Source: Promethearchaeia archaeon (GTDB lineage: Archaea; Asgardarchaeota; Lokiarchaeia; Sigyniarchaeales; SOKP01). Taken from it: a DNA stretch of 24,310 bases. The notes beneath the pieces were generated by a model, which did not search any database, was not told the origin of the DNA, and was given only the letters and a program-made list of their open reading frames with translations. Location of the stretch: the NCBI GenBank assembly GCA_046497275.1, contig JAWOFX010000110.1, forward strand, positions 1 through 24,310. Reading direction: 5' to 3'. Of the stretch, positions 1 to 9,080 are shown one piece after another. The position numbers were made by a program, and so were the translations under genes. Position 1 is the first letter of the stretch; each line of letters opens with the position of its first letter.

Positions 1-1023
1 GAAAGTAGAGATGATGGTATTGTTGTAAGAGGAGTCAAAATAAATATTACCAACACAGCATATGTAGACGAGTTAGTAGCTGTCCCTGTTAGATACATGG
101 GTCCAGAAGATCACGATTATGCTGTGGCATTTGCCTTACCTGCAGATTGGGAAGGTGTAAAATTACTCGCACGACCCGCATGGTTTAGTGAAAGGCAAAA
201 ATATGATGCTCCAGCAGCAAAATTTGGTGATGTCGAAACTATGATCGTATTTGATGATGTGTTCGTACCTAAAGAACGAGTCTTTTTGAATGGTCATGCA
301 GATCCACGACAAACGGCATATGCAGGATTTTTGGCATTAATGTTTGCCCATTATCATCGACATTCGTATACAGGGTGTAAACCTGCGGTTTCAGAAATTT
401 TGGCTAGCGCATCCGCTTTAGTATCTGAATATAATGGGATTGAAAAGGAATCTCACGTAAGAGATAAATTATCCCATATAATAGGAACTGCTGAATTAGT
501 CTACGCTGCGGGAGAATCGAGTGCTTATCATTCTGAAAAAGCACCGTCTGGAACACAAGTGCCAGATGAAGTTTTAACCAATGCCGGAAGAAGACTGGCA
601 GGTGAAATGATCTATAAAGAATATGAAATTTTGGCCGATCTCTCTGGCGGTTTAGTTGCTACTTTACCATATGAAGGTACTTTTCTCAGTGATGAGGTTG
701 GAGATTTAGCAATGAAATATCTGACAAGAAATCCTAGAATCCCACAAGAAAAGGTTTATAGATGTTTTAAAGGAATCGAAGATTTAATTGTCTCAGATAT
801 GGCGGGTGTTATGCAAGTCGCAGGACTCCATGGTGGAGGATCCCCCCAAATGGAGACAATAACAATGATGATGAGATACGATCTAGAAGAACTGAAAAAG
901 ATTTCCAAGTACCTTTTTGGTATACGCAAAAAATTAGGAAGATATGAAAGACCTACAGTCACTCCAAGAGAACAATTAAAAAAATTCAGAAAAGCAATGG
1001 AAATGAAAAAACAATCTAAATAA
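1..1023 (+). CDS. 4-hydroxybutyryl-CoA dehydratase (AbfD) / 4-hydroxyphenylacetate 3-hydroxylase family flavoprotein, 5'-truncated by the window edge
   Basis: Frame +1 is open from base 1 (ESRDDGIVVRGVKINIT...), so Met at 97 is internal. Family motifs: DGIVVRGxK, DYAVAFALP, ETMIVFDDVFVPKERVF, YHRHSYTGCK, LHGGGSP. Confidence 0.85.
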   Translation, partial: ESRDDGIVVRGVKINITNTAYVDELVAVPVRYMGPEDHDYAVAFALPADWEGVKLLARPAWFSERQKYDAPAAKFGDVETMIVFDDVFVPKERVFLNGHADPRQTAYAGFLALMFAHYHRHSYTGCKPAVSEILASASALVSEYNGIEKESHVRDKLSHIIGTAELVYAAGESSAYHSEKAPSGTQVPDEVLTNAGRRLAGEMIYKEYEILADLSGGLVATLPYEGTFLSDEVGDLAMKYLTRNPRIPQEKVYRCFKGIEDLIVSDMAGVMQVAGLHGGGSPQMETITMMMRYDLEELKKISKYLFGIRKKLGRYERPTVTPREQLKKFRKAMEMKKQSK

Positions 1024-1030
1024 TTATTTT

Positions 1031-1060
1031 TAATTCCTTCTTTTTTTTATTTTTATTTAA
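1031..1060 (+). terminator. Oligo-T tract, putative archaeal intrinsic terminator
   Basis: TTCCTTCTTTTTTTTATTTTTATTT just downstream of the stop at 1023. Confidence 0.45.
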
Positions 1061-1227
1061 TTTTAAGAATCATAAAGAAACTAAAATATCAATTTTGAAA
1101 ATCAAATATTTTCTTTGTGTCCTATTTTTTTAATAAAGGATTGTTAAAATTAATTAAAACATTTTAAGAATATCATTTACTATCTCTTTTAACTATAATT
1201 AAATATTTAATCATCTTGAGAGATCTT

Positions 1228-2829
1228 ATGAAAAAGATTGAAAGGGCTATAATTAGTGTATATGATAAAAGTGGTGTAGTGGATTTTGCAAAAGCGTTAG
1301 CAAATGAATACAATATAGAAATTCTATCAACAGGAGGTACAGGTCAGTTATTAGAAGAAAATGGGATAGATATCATAAAAATTTCTGAATATACTGGTTC
1401 CCCCGAAATGTTTGAAGGGCGTGTGAAAACATTGCATCCAAAAATCGAAGGAGGCATTCTTTATAGGAGAGAAATTGAGAAGGATGTAATTGATGCTGAT
1501 AAATATGATATACCTCCTATTGATATGGTGGTGTGCAATTTATACCAATTTAAGGAAGCTATATCTAAACCAGACACAACTTTATTGGATGCTTTAGAAA
1601 TGATTGATATTGGTGGTCCAACAATGATCCGAGCGGCAGCCAAAAATTATCCTGATGTGGTAGTGGTTCCAGATGCACGCTATTATAAAAGGATTCTCAA
1701 TGAATTAAAAAAAAATAATGGAAAGATCGGAGATTCGTTAAGAGCTGAATTAGCTCAAGATGTTTTTGTTATAATGGCAGATTATAATGCAGCTATAGCA
1801 AATTATATTCAAAAAAGAAATGAAGAAAAATTATTGCCACGTAATCTTATAAAGGTTTTTGAAAAAGTATCAGACACGAGATATGGTGAAAATTGGGATC
1901 AAGAAGCTGCTTTTTATAGAGATCTGTCATCAAAATATGGTCTGCAAGACTTTAAACAACTAAACGGTAAAGAGATCTCATTCAACAATTATCTTGACAT
2001 TGATTCATGCATACAAATTTTATTGGATTTTGAGACAGAAGATTATGTAACTGCTATATTAAAGCATACATCACCAAATGGAATTGCAAAAGATAGCACG
2101 GATCAGCTTGAGTCAGTAAAAAGAGCATTTAGTACAGATCCCTTATCCGCTTTTGGTGGAATATGGGGAGTTAATAAAGAATTGACCGAAGAAGTGGCAG
2201 ATTATATCGTGAATCAAGAGAATATTTTTATTGAAGTTATTATGGCACCATCATTTGAAGGCAAGGCTCTTGAAATTTTGAGAAAAAAAGAAAATATGAG
2301 AGTGCTTGAATTCGGAGATTTTCTTACAAAACGAGAGAAACTATATGGTAATTTTGAGATAAGATCGGTTCTTGGAGGAATTCTTGTGCAAGAATATGAT
2401 CATAAACCAGTTATAAAAGAATGGAATGTAGTGAGTCAAAAAAAAGTTAATAATTTGGAAAAAGAAGCACTTATCTTTGCTTATAAAGTTTCAAAATGGG
2501 CAAAATCCAATTCTGCATGTTTTGCTCAAGTTTATGATACTGGAATGTACACAATTGGTATAGGGGCTGGGCAACAAAGTAGAGTTCATGTGGTTAAATT
2601 AGCCGTGCAAAAAGCTCGAGAGTTTGGTCACCAAAAGGCCCTTATTGAATCAGTTATGGGCACAGATTCGTTTTTCCCCTTTCCCGACGGATTAGAGGCA
2701 GCAGTTGAAGCAGGAGCAAAAGCAATTATTAACCCAGGAGGATCAATTCGTGATGATTTAGTAATAGAAACGGCAAATAATCTAAATTGTGCATTAGTTT
2801 TTTGCGGTAAGCGAGTATTCCGACATTAG
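1228..2829 (+). CDS. purH: Bifunctional AICAR transformylase / IMP cyclohydrolase (bacterial-type PurH)
   Basis: Motifs LSTGGT, GRVKTLHP, IDIGGPTMIRAAAKN, RYGEN, GKEISFNN, LKH, SAFGG, KSN, GAGQQSRV, DSFFPF, PGGSIRD and C-terminal FRH. ATG 1228 preferred over TTG 1216; the start is uncertain. Confidence 0.96.
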   Translation: MKKIERAIISVYDKSGVVDFAKALANEYNIEILSTGGTGQLLEENGIDIIKISEYTGSPEMFEGRVKTLHPKIEGGILYRREIEKDVIDADKYDIPPIDMVVCNLYQFKEAISKPDTTLLDALEMIDIGGPTMIRAAAKNYPDVVVVPDARYYKRILNELKKNNGKIGDSLRAELAQDVFVIMADYNAAIANYIQKRNEEKLLPRNLIKVFEKVSDTRYGENWDQEAAFYRDLSSKYGLQDFKQLNGKEISFNNYLDIDSCIQILLDFETEDYVTAILKHTSPNGIAKDSTDQLESVKRAFSTDPLSAFGGIWGVNKELTEEVADYIVNQENIFIEVIMAPSFEGKALEILRKKENMRVLEFGDFLTKREKLYGNFEIRSVLGGILVQEYDHKPVIKEWNVVSQKKVNNLEKEALIFAYKVSKWAKSNSACFAQVYDTGMYTIGIGAGQQSRVHVVKLAVQKAREFGHQKALIESVMGTDSFFPFPDGLEAAVEAGAKAIINPGGSIRDDLVIETANNLNCALVFCGKRVFRH

Positions 2830-3166
2830 AAACATCAATTATCCTTTTTATCATTATTATTTCATATTAACTCATTAATATTCTACTTAAGTAATCCATC
2901 TAAAATATTTAATTGGAGGTACATTTCTACATATTCATATCTTAAAAAAAATATTTCACAAACCTTGAATTATTACCCAGAAACTGGTTTGAGCTAAATA
3001 GGTAAATCTATTTCTGAACTATAGAAATTCTCTTGTTTCGTAAAAAATATTTAAATGTTAAAAAACATAAATGTAATACATAAAAATTATTCTATCATTA
3101 GAGATTTTACGTAAGTAAAGTCGGTATAATTCGTAGAAATCACCATAAGAGGAGCATTTTTTAAGA

Positions 3167-3448
3167 ATGGATTTTTTTTTAAAGAATTTAAGAGAAACAT
3201 TATCAGCCATCAACAAACTTATAGAAGGCAATATTTATGTCGTAAATACTAAAAGGGTTAGAAGATGCAATAATATTAAATCATCAAATCGTTCGAAAAT
3301 AAACTTCATCTGGCGTTCTCTGGCATTTCTCGAAGAACATAAAATATTAGAATTAAATGGAAAAAGTAATCCTAAAACTTATAAAATTTTACCTCAAGAG
3401 CAAGTAGATATTGAGAATTTCATTGAAAAAATCGAAGAAAAAAGATAA
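3167..3448 (+). CDS. Small basic hypothetical protein with probable winged helix-turn-helix fold
   Basis: 93 aa with GAGGAG (3149-3154) upstream. The pattern IWRSLAFLEEHKILE-LNGKSNPKTYKI resembles a recognition helix plus wing hairpin. Confidence 0.55.
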   Translation: MDFFLKNLRETLSAINKLIEGNIYVVNTKRVRRCNNIKSSNRSKINFIWRSLAFLEEHKILELNGKSNPKTYKILPQEQVDIENFIEKIEEKR

Positions 3449-3460
3449 TTTTTGAGAATT

Positions 3461-6199
3461 TTAAATAAGATTTAATTGTTCTCTTAAATCTCTCAGCTTC
3501 TCTTTTGTTTTTGTCTCCTCAGGATTATTTATTAATCGTTTTTGATAGAAAAGAATATTTTGATATTTTAATTCTATCTTATTAAACAACTTTATCCATA
3601 AATTAAATCCATCCATTAATTCTTTTACTTTTTCATCTTCTGCAAAAGCCCTTATTTTCTCTCCATCTTCATCCATATAAGAAATTGCTTTATATTTTTT
3701 TAGTGAATATCCCTGTTCTTCTAAGAATTTTTTATTGAGGCGATTGATAATCGCATCAAGCTCGCTTCTCCAATGAAAATATCTCTCGTTTATTTTATTG
3801 AGGGAGTTTTGAATTATCTTAATTTCTTGCGGATAAATTGTTGAATCTTTCGTTAAAATTCTCTTTATTTTTTGAAATTCTTTATTAAAGTTATCATAAT
3901 AATTATTTACAATAATTTCAAATTCATCTAAACTATTTATGTAATTTTTAGCAAAAATTATTTCATCTCTGGTAAAGGTATAGGTTTCTTCATCAAATTC
4001 TCCTTTTAATTCTCCATTATTCCTAAGTTCATTGAAAATATCCATCAGAATTTCTAAATCTTTTTCGCTTAATTCTTTGCCATAAAATAGGTCATTAAAT
4101 GAAAAAAGCGCACCACTAGAAATCATCATCTCTTTGATTCCTTTTTCAGTATAAAATTTCACCTCGTTATCTTCTTCATAGAAAATTCCTTTTAGTGTTC
4201 CTGATTGTTGCAATTCCTCAATAAGATTCTTCATTAATTGTGAATTAATATCATATGTTCCTAAACTTATAACACTCTGCGATTGGGATTCTGTCTTGAC
4301 AAATTCTTTGATTTTTTTCTTTGCATTCTCGATTTTCGATGGATTAAAAATTATGGTATCTCCTTGAATTAAAAAATTAAGATTTAGCTCATTTAAATAT
4401 TCTAAAAAGATTTTGTATTCCATACCTGTTTTTGTGAGATACTCTGATATTTTAATTTGGTCTTTACTTTTGATTTCCTCTCCTATTGATTTAGTATTTT
4501 CCGCAATTTTGAGAAGGATTTCTTCTTTATTGATATTTAATTCTTGAGCAAAAATGTTTATTTCTTTCGCCTTCTTTTCCTTATCTTGAATCTTACTTAT
4601 AGAATCAATTCTTTCTTTAAGATATTTTGAATAATAAAATACCGTTCTCTCTTTATTCCAAAGTCCGCTTCTCTCATCAACAAAAGTATCAAAAATATCA
4701 TATAATAATATTTTATTAATACCAAATTTTTCTGAAATGCGATTTACATCAAAATATCCAATAATTTTAGTATTTTCTAACTCTCGTTCAATTTTCAATT
4801 TCCCAATATTTGTCAACCAAAAAGTTCTTTCATGAAAATTGGTTAAATATTCTTTTGGGAGATGTTTTATAAGTTTGATGAAGGATCTGTCTGTTAATTT
4901 CGTCTGATAATCCTTTAAGTCAATATAAGTTTCCTTTGTCGCCAATTCAACAATTCTTTTCTGAATTCTATCCATTAGAAAGAATTTTTCCTTCTCTCTC
5001 CCCAATAAAACTAAGAAATTATTCTCTTGAATGACATCTTTTATTAATTTTTTTACATAGGGTAAAGGAAGATGATTATAATCTTTTAAATCAATAACTC
5101 CATTCTTCTGCAGATCATCAATGAGTTGAGATTTGATATAATTTGCTGGATAAAAATAAAACTCTGAAAGATATCCTTGAATATGTCCTAATTTTACTAG
5201 GGTCTTAATAAATAGCTTTAGATCCTCCTTATTTATAATTTCAGAAAATCCCTCTAATATTTTATCATAAGAGACCTTATCCGATTGACTAAAAAAATTA
5301 TTTAATTTCTCTTTTTCAAGTTCATAAAAATAAATTTGTTTAGTTTCTTGATTTTTAGTATAAAAATAAATTTCTACATCTTTCAAGCTCAAATCTTTAA
5401 AACTTTCTAAAAATTCATTAAAATTAATTCCTTTTTTTTTGTTTAATTGTGTATAATTATATCTCTTTTTAATAAAAGTATTTTCTAAAAGCTCTTTTAA
5501 TTCATCTGCTTGTTTTGATATGAAATCTTCTTCCTTTAATTCAGGAAACTGTTGACATAATAGAGTTCCTAATGTGGTTTTAAGCATTTCTACATCTTGA
5601 TCGAAGAACGATTCAACTATTTCTTTACCAATGTTCCTTAATCTGTAAAGATGCTTAAATTTGAACTTCTCACAATTTTTTAAAAATTTTATAAGTAAAA
5701 TTATATTTCCGATTTTTTTTTGCTGAATTTCAAAATCAAATATTTCCAATAATTCATTTTTATTATCACGAAGCAATTCTGGTTTTAGTTTCAAAAAACG
5801 TTTAAGAAAGTAATAACAATTTTCTCGAATATCTTCATCTTTATTTGATAGTAACTCAATAAATTGTGAACTATATTTTTGATTGAGATATTTTGGATTA
5901 CTAAGTAAGAAAAACCCTAAGATTATAATAGAATTTAACTTTAGTTTTAAGTCTTCAGAGTTGATGAAAGGTTCAATGATCTGGATAAAATTCTGATCAT
6001 AAATTTCAGGATACTCTTCTATTACTATACTCAATACGTATGTAATAGGAACTTTCAGTCTTTCTTCTTTTAAAAGTTTTTTAAAATCTTCCATTAGTGA
6101 GGTGAGTTTTGACCTCTTGTCTTTTCTTATATACTTATTGAGCTTATTTATTTCCGAATGTAACTCTGGAAATGCTTCGAAATCGTCTATATTAAACAT
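3461..6199 (-). CDS. Large HEAT/ARM-like plus tandem winged-helix (PCI/UFL1-like) repeat protein
   Basis: 912 aa. N-terminal helical repeats (FIELLSNKDEDIRENC) are followed by recurring WH-like units (LVKLGHIQGYL, LQKNGVIDL, LQQSGTLKGIF, LRNNGELKGEFD). The C-terminus is helical/coiled-coil. Confidence 0.6.
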   Translation of the reverse strand: MFNIDDFEAFPELHSEINKLNKYIRKDKRSKLTSLMEDFKKLLKEERLKVPITYVLSIVIEEYPEIYDQNFIQIIEPFINSEDLKLKLNSIIILGFFLLSNPKYLNQKYSSQFIELLSNKDEDIRENCYYFLKRFLKLKPELLRDNKNELLEIFDFEIQQKKIGNIILLIKFLKNCEKFKFKHLYRLRNIGKEIVESFFDQDVEMLKTTLGTLLCQQFPELKEEDFISKQADELKELLENTFIKKRYNYTQLNKKKGINFNEFLESFKDLSLKDVEIYFYTKNQETKQIYFYELEKEKLNNFFSQSDKVSYDKILEGFSEIINKEDLKLFIKTLVKLGHIQGYLSEFYFYPANYIKSQLIDDLQKNGVIDLKDYNHLPLPYVKKLIKDVIQENNFLVLLGREKEKFFLMDRIQKRIVELATKETYIDLKDYQTKLTDRSFIKLIKHLPKEYLTNFHERTFWLTNIGKLKIERELENTKIIGYFDVNRISEKFGINKILLYDIFDTFVDERSGLWNKERTVFYYSKYLKERIDSISKIQDKEKKAKEINIFAQELNINKEEILLKIAENTKSIGEEIKSKDQIKISEYLTKTGMEYKIFLEYLNELNLNFLIQGDTIIFNPSKIENAKKKIKEFVKTESQSQSVISLGTYDINSQLMKNLIEELQQSGTLKGIFYEEDNEVKFYTEKGIKEMMISSGALFSFNDLFYGKELSEKDLEILMDIFNELRNNGELKGEFDEETYTFTRDEIIFAKNYINSLDEFEIIVNNYYDNFNKEFQKIKRILTKDSTIYPQEIKIIQNSLNKINERYFHWRSELDAIINRLNKKFLEEQGYSLKKYKAISYMDEDGEKIRAFAEDEKVKELMDGFNLWIKLFNKIELKYQNILFYQKRLINNPEETKTKEKLRDLREQLNLI

Positions 6200-6360
6200 G
6201 ATTCTTTTGAAATATTTTTATAGGTGAATGAAGCGTAAAATAAGAATTTTGTCGATAAAATTATAGGTATTACTTTTAAAATCCCAATGACAATCTCTTT
6301 TTTAGAAAGAGATAATGAAATTACAATTCTTGTTATAAAAAATAATTATAAATTCAGAAT

Positions 6361-6380
6361 AAAAATAAAATAAAAAAAAA
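6361..6380 (-). terminator. Oligo-T tract, putative terminator of the membrane protein gene
   Basis: The minus strand reads TTTTTTTTTATTTTATTTTT about 35 nt after the stop at 6415. Confidence 0.45.
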
Positions 6381-6414
6381 GACTTCTAATGATTAGATTT
6401 TTAACAAGAAACTT

Positions 6415-7074
6415 TTATTCCTCTTGTTCGTCTACCGATACGTGGGATAATAGGTGATCAATCCTATCTGCTTTATTATTGACATTTAACACCGTGGTGA
6501 GGGTAATAACTTCTTCTCTTCCGCCAGGTAATAATGTTATTTTACCTGCTCTCAAAAAGAGAAATTCAAACACGTCTGGGATAGACTTTTTAATTCTTAG
6601 GGCTTGTACCGGATATCTCTCAGCAGAACTGAAAATTCCGCTTTTATGATAGATTTCATTTCTTTCAACCTTCCAGTAGTCAAACTGAGCATTAATAACG
6701 ACGATTAATAGAACAAAACCAAATATGATGGTCATAGTTAAATAAAATTCAGCTGTGAGTCCTACGTTAAACAATCCCCCACCTCCACCTCCACCACCTA
6801 AATTTACGTTAGGAAGTATCAGAAATATTGTTACAATGATGGAAATCACGATGATAAGAATCAACACGAAAAACTTAGTGGATGAGAAATCAAAAGCGAT
6901 AACGAATACATTAATGAAAAAGATGCCTACCCAGAAATATCCAAGTATATAGTTTGGCTCTCCCGGTAAGAAATATTGAATCACCCAGAGTACCAGAGAG
7001 GTCAAGAACGTTGGATAGAAGAATATAATCTTAGGATAGCCTCTTAGAATGATTACTTCATCTGTTTGCGACAT
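6415..7074 (-). CDS. Four-TM membrane protein with C-terminal bacterial-PH-like (bPH_2-like) domain
   Basis: Four hydrophobic segments and a Gly8 loop between TM3 and TM4. The soluble C-terminus (YWKVERNEIYHKSGIF...FEFLFLRAGKITL) resembles bPH_2 domains. Confidence 0.55.
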   Translation of the reverse strand: MSQTDEVIILRGYPKIIFFYPTFLTSLVLWVIQYFLPGEPNYILGYFWVGIFFINVFVIAFDFSSTKFFVLILIIVISIIVTIFLILPNVNLGGGGGGGGLFNVGLTAEFYLTMTIIFGFVLLIVVINAQFDYWKVERNEIYHKSGIFSSAERYPVQALRIKKSIPDVFEFLFLRAGKITLLPGGREEVITLTTVLNVNNKADRIDHLLSHVSVDEQEE

Positions 7075-7224
7075 TTTTTTTAACCTTTTTAAAATGATTG
7101 TCCAATTAATTACATTGGGTTAATTAATATATAAACAAACTTACTTTAAAAAATGTTTTTAATATACACCAAATGCAATCTCCATTTAAAAATCAAAGGA
7201 AAATAAGAAAAAAGTAAACAAATT

Positions 7225-7971
7225 TTAGTAATAATTTCCAATAGAATGTACCATCCTATTCGATAAGGCAATTTGGGTATTTCCACTATCACTTATTCCC
7301 ATATGACCTGGAAGTAAATACGTAACATCTAGCCCATCCACAAATTCTATAGAATTCTGTAGTTTCTCTAAAGAGCCTCCGGGGAAATCAAATCTCCCAA
7401 AACTTCCCTCAATGAAGACTAGATCACCTGGAATAAGAATTTTTTTAATAGGTTCATAATATACGATAGATCCTTCCGAATGACCAGGCGTATGATAAAT
7501 TGTGAATTTGTATTCTGATCCAATATTAATAGGTGTATCAAGATTCAAGTCTGTCACGTTGATTGGATGTATATCAGCGCCAAACATACTGGGGCTTATC
7601 CCTAAACTTCTTGGAAAAATTTCGGAGGATTTTCCTTGCCGTAAGATTTCTGCGGTTCTTCCATAAGCAAAAATCTGAGGAGGATCCTTCTTTAATTCTT
7701 CTAATAATCTATATAATCCCAAGACATGATCAACATGTTCATGGGTAAGATATACTTTCGTAATATTTTCATAATTTAACTGAAATTTTTCCATTCCATC
7801 AAAAAGTCCGCTCAGAGATTTACCATTTCCAGCATCAAATAAAGCTAATTCGTCTGTTGTATCATCTTTAATAATATATTGATTGCAGTCGAGCATTGCT
7901 TGCTCTTCGAAATAAAATAAGGAGTCAACAACATTTCTTCCCATTTTTTGAGATCCTCCACTGAAAAACAT
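7225..7971 (-). CDS. Metallo-beta-lactamase-fold hydrolase (glyoxalase II-like)
   Basis: HxHxDH motif (THEHVDH), plus HTPGHSEG, GDLVF and PGH metal ligands. Confidence 0.92.
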   Translation of the reverse strand: MFFSGGSQKMGRNVVDSLFYFEEQAMLDCNQYIIKDDTTDELALFDAGNGKSLSGLFDGMEKFQLNYENITKVYLTHEHVDHVLGLYRLLEELKKDPPQIFAYGRTAEILRQGKSSEIFPRSLGISPSMFGADIHPINVTDLNLDTPINIGSEYKFTIYHTPGHSEGSIVYYEPIKKILIPGDLVFIEGSFGRFDFPGGSLEKLQNSIEFVDGLDVTYLLPGHMGISDSGNTQIALSNRMVHSIGNYY

Positions 7972-8082
7972 TTAACTATTCACTTTATACCTTAATTTTA
8001 AAATTATAAAATTAGCTTCCCTTAATTTTTTTATTCTTTCAAATTTTAAAAAATATAAGTAATAACAACATAATAGATAAAT

Positions 8083-8445
8083 ATGGAAGAGAATTCCGAT
8101 ATTGAAGAGCTAAAAGAAAAAGTTGATTTCGGAATAAAAATTTGGCTTGAATTTGAAGGAAAAAGTATTTTAGGGTCGGGCTGGGCGAATCTATTAGCAT
8201 GTATTGATAATAGCGATATCGAATCATTAACAGATGCTGCAAAAGAGTGCGAGTATTCGTATAAATATGCATGGAATATTTTAAAACGAATTGAAGAGAG
8301 AACTGGTTATTCTCCAGTCATAACTAGTAAGGGTGGACGTGGTGGAGGTGGGTGGGTTAAATTAAATAATTGGGGAACCTACTTACTTGAAAAATATAAG
8401 ACCCTATCTGAAGAAGTAGAAAAATTGAATATGAAATTAAAATAA
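8083..8445 (+). CDS. ModE-family N-terminal winged-helix regulator lacking TOBE domains
   Basis: SLTDAAKECEYSYKYAWNILKRIEE...VITSKGGRGGGG matches the ModE HTH signature. At 120 aa it has no molybdate-binding domain. Confidence 0.85.
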   Translation: MEENSDIEELKEKVDFGIKIWLEFEGKSILGSGWANLLACIDNSDIESLTDAAKECEYSYKYAWNILKRIEERTGYSPVITSKGGRGGGGWVKLNNWGTYLLEKYKTLSEEVEKLNMKLK

Positions 8446-8559
8446 TAAGAGTATCGAAAAACAAAATTAAATATCTTTTAATTAAAATGTTTATTATTTT
8501 CTATACCTATTAATTGGAAAAAGGACTTTAAAGAAGCATTTAGATTTCAAGTTGATTGA

Positions 8560-8994
8560 ATGGAAGAAAACGAGTATTCACTAAAAAAATTTGGGGAATT
8601 AAAAGTAAGTGAAATAATGGTGAGAGATCCTTTATATATAACTCCTAAAGAAAAAATAAGCGCCACAGAACTCCTTATGTTGCGTAAAAATATTGGCGGA
8701 CTCCCTGTGGTAGAATCTAAGGAAAGTAGAAAACTAATTGGCATAATAACTCAGAGAGATATAAGATTAGCTCGATTTGCTATGTCATTAGAATCACATA
8801 CTTTAGTTAAAGACCTTATGACTTCTGAACCTTATATTGCGAGGGAATCAGATACTTTAAAACAGATTTTAAAAAAAATGTTTAAATTTGATATTGAAAG
8901 ATTGCCTGTTGTTGATGAAAAGAATCAACTAATTGGGTTAATTCTCGAGAAAAATATTTTAGATAAATTGGCGGGATTCTTAATAGATGGTTAA
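8560..8994 (+). CDS. CBS-pair protein
   Basis: Two CBS units: VSEIM..P...GGLPVV...LIGIITQRD and VKDLMTSEP...ERLPVVD...LIGLI. Confidence 0.92.
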   Translation: MEENEYSLKKFGELKVSEIMVRDPLYITPKEKISATELLMLRKNIGGLPVVESKESRKLIGIITQRDIRLARFAMSLESHTLVKDLMTSEPYIARESDTLKQILKKMFKFDIERLPVVDEKNQLIGLILEKNILDKLAGFLIDG

Positions 8995-9080
8995 AAATTT
9001 AACTTAAAAAAAATCAAAATTTAATTATTAAAATTATTATTAATAACATACATTATTTAAGATTAAAAAAACTGATTTAA

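Noticed and set aside
97-99. ATG 97 as start of the first gene
   Set aside because: The frame is open and family-like back to base 1, so the true start is outside the window.
2830-3166. 337-bp intergenic region as possible ncRNA, tRNA or CRISPR remnant
   Set aside because: No GC-rich stems, cloverleaf or periodic repeats. Only trivial AT-rich hairpins are present.
6293-6313. 8-bp inverted repeat ATCTCTTT-tttag-AAAGAGAT upstream of the 912-aa gene
   Set aside because: Short, isolated and in AT-rich DNA, with no second copy or linked regulator, so it is not distinguishable from chance.
6755-6952. Poly-proline ORF (PPPPPPPP) that could suggest an actin nucleation factor or profilin ligand
   Set aside because: It is the exact antisense reading of the Gly8 codons in the membrane protein gene.
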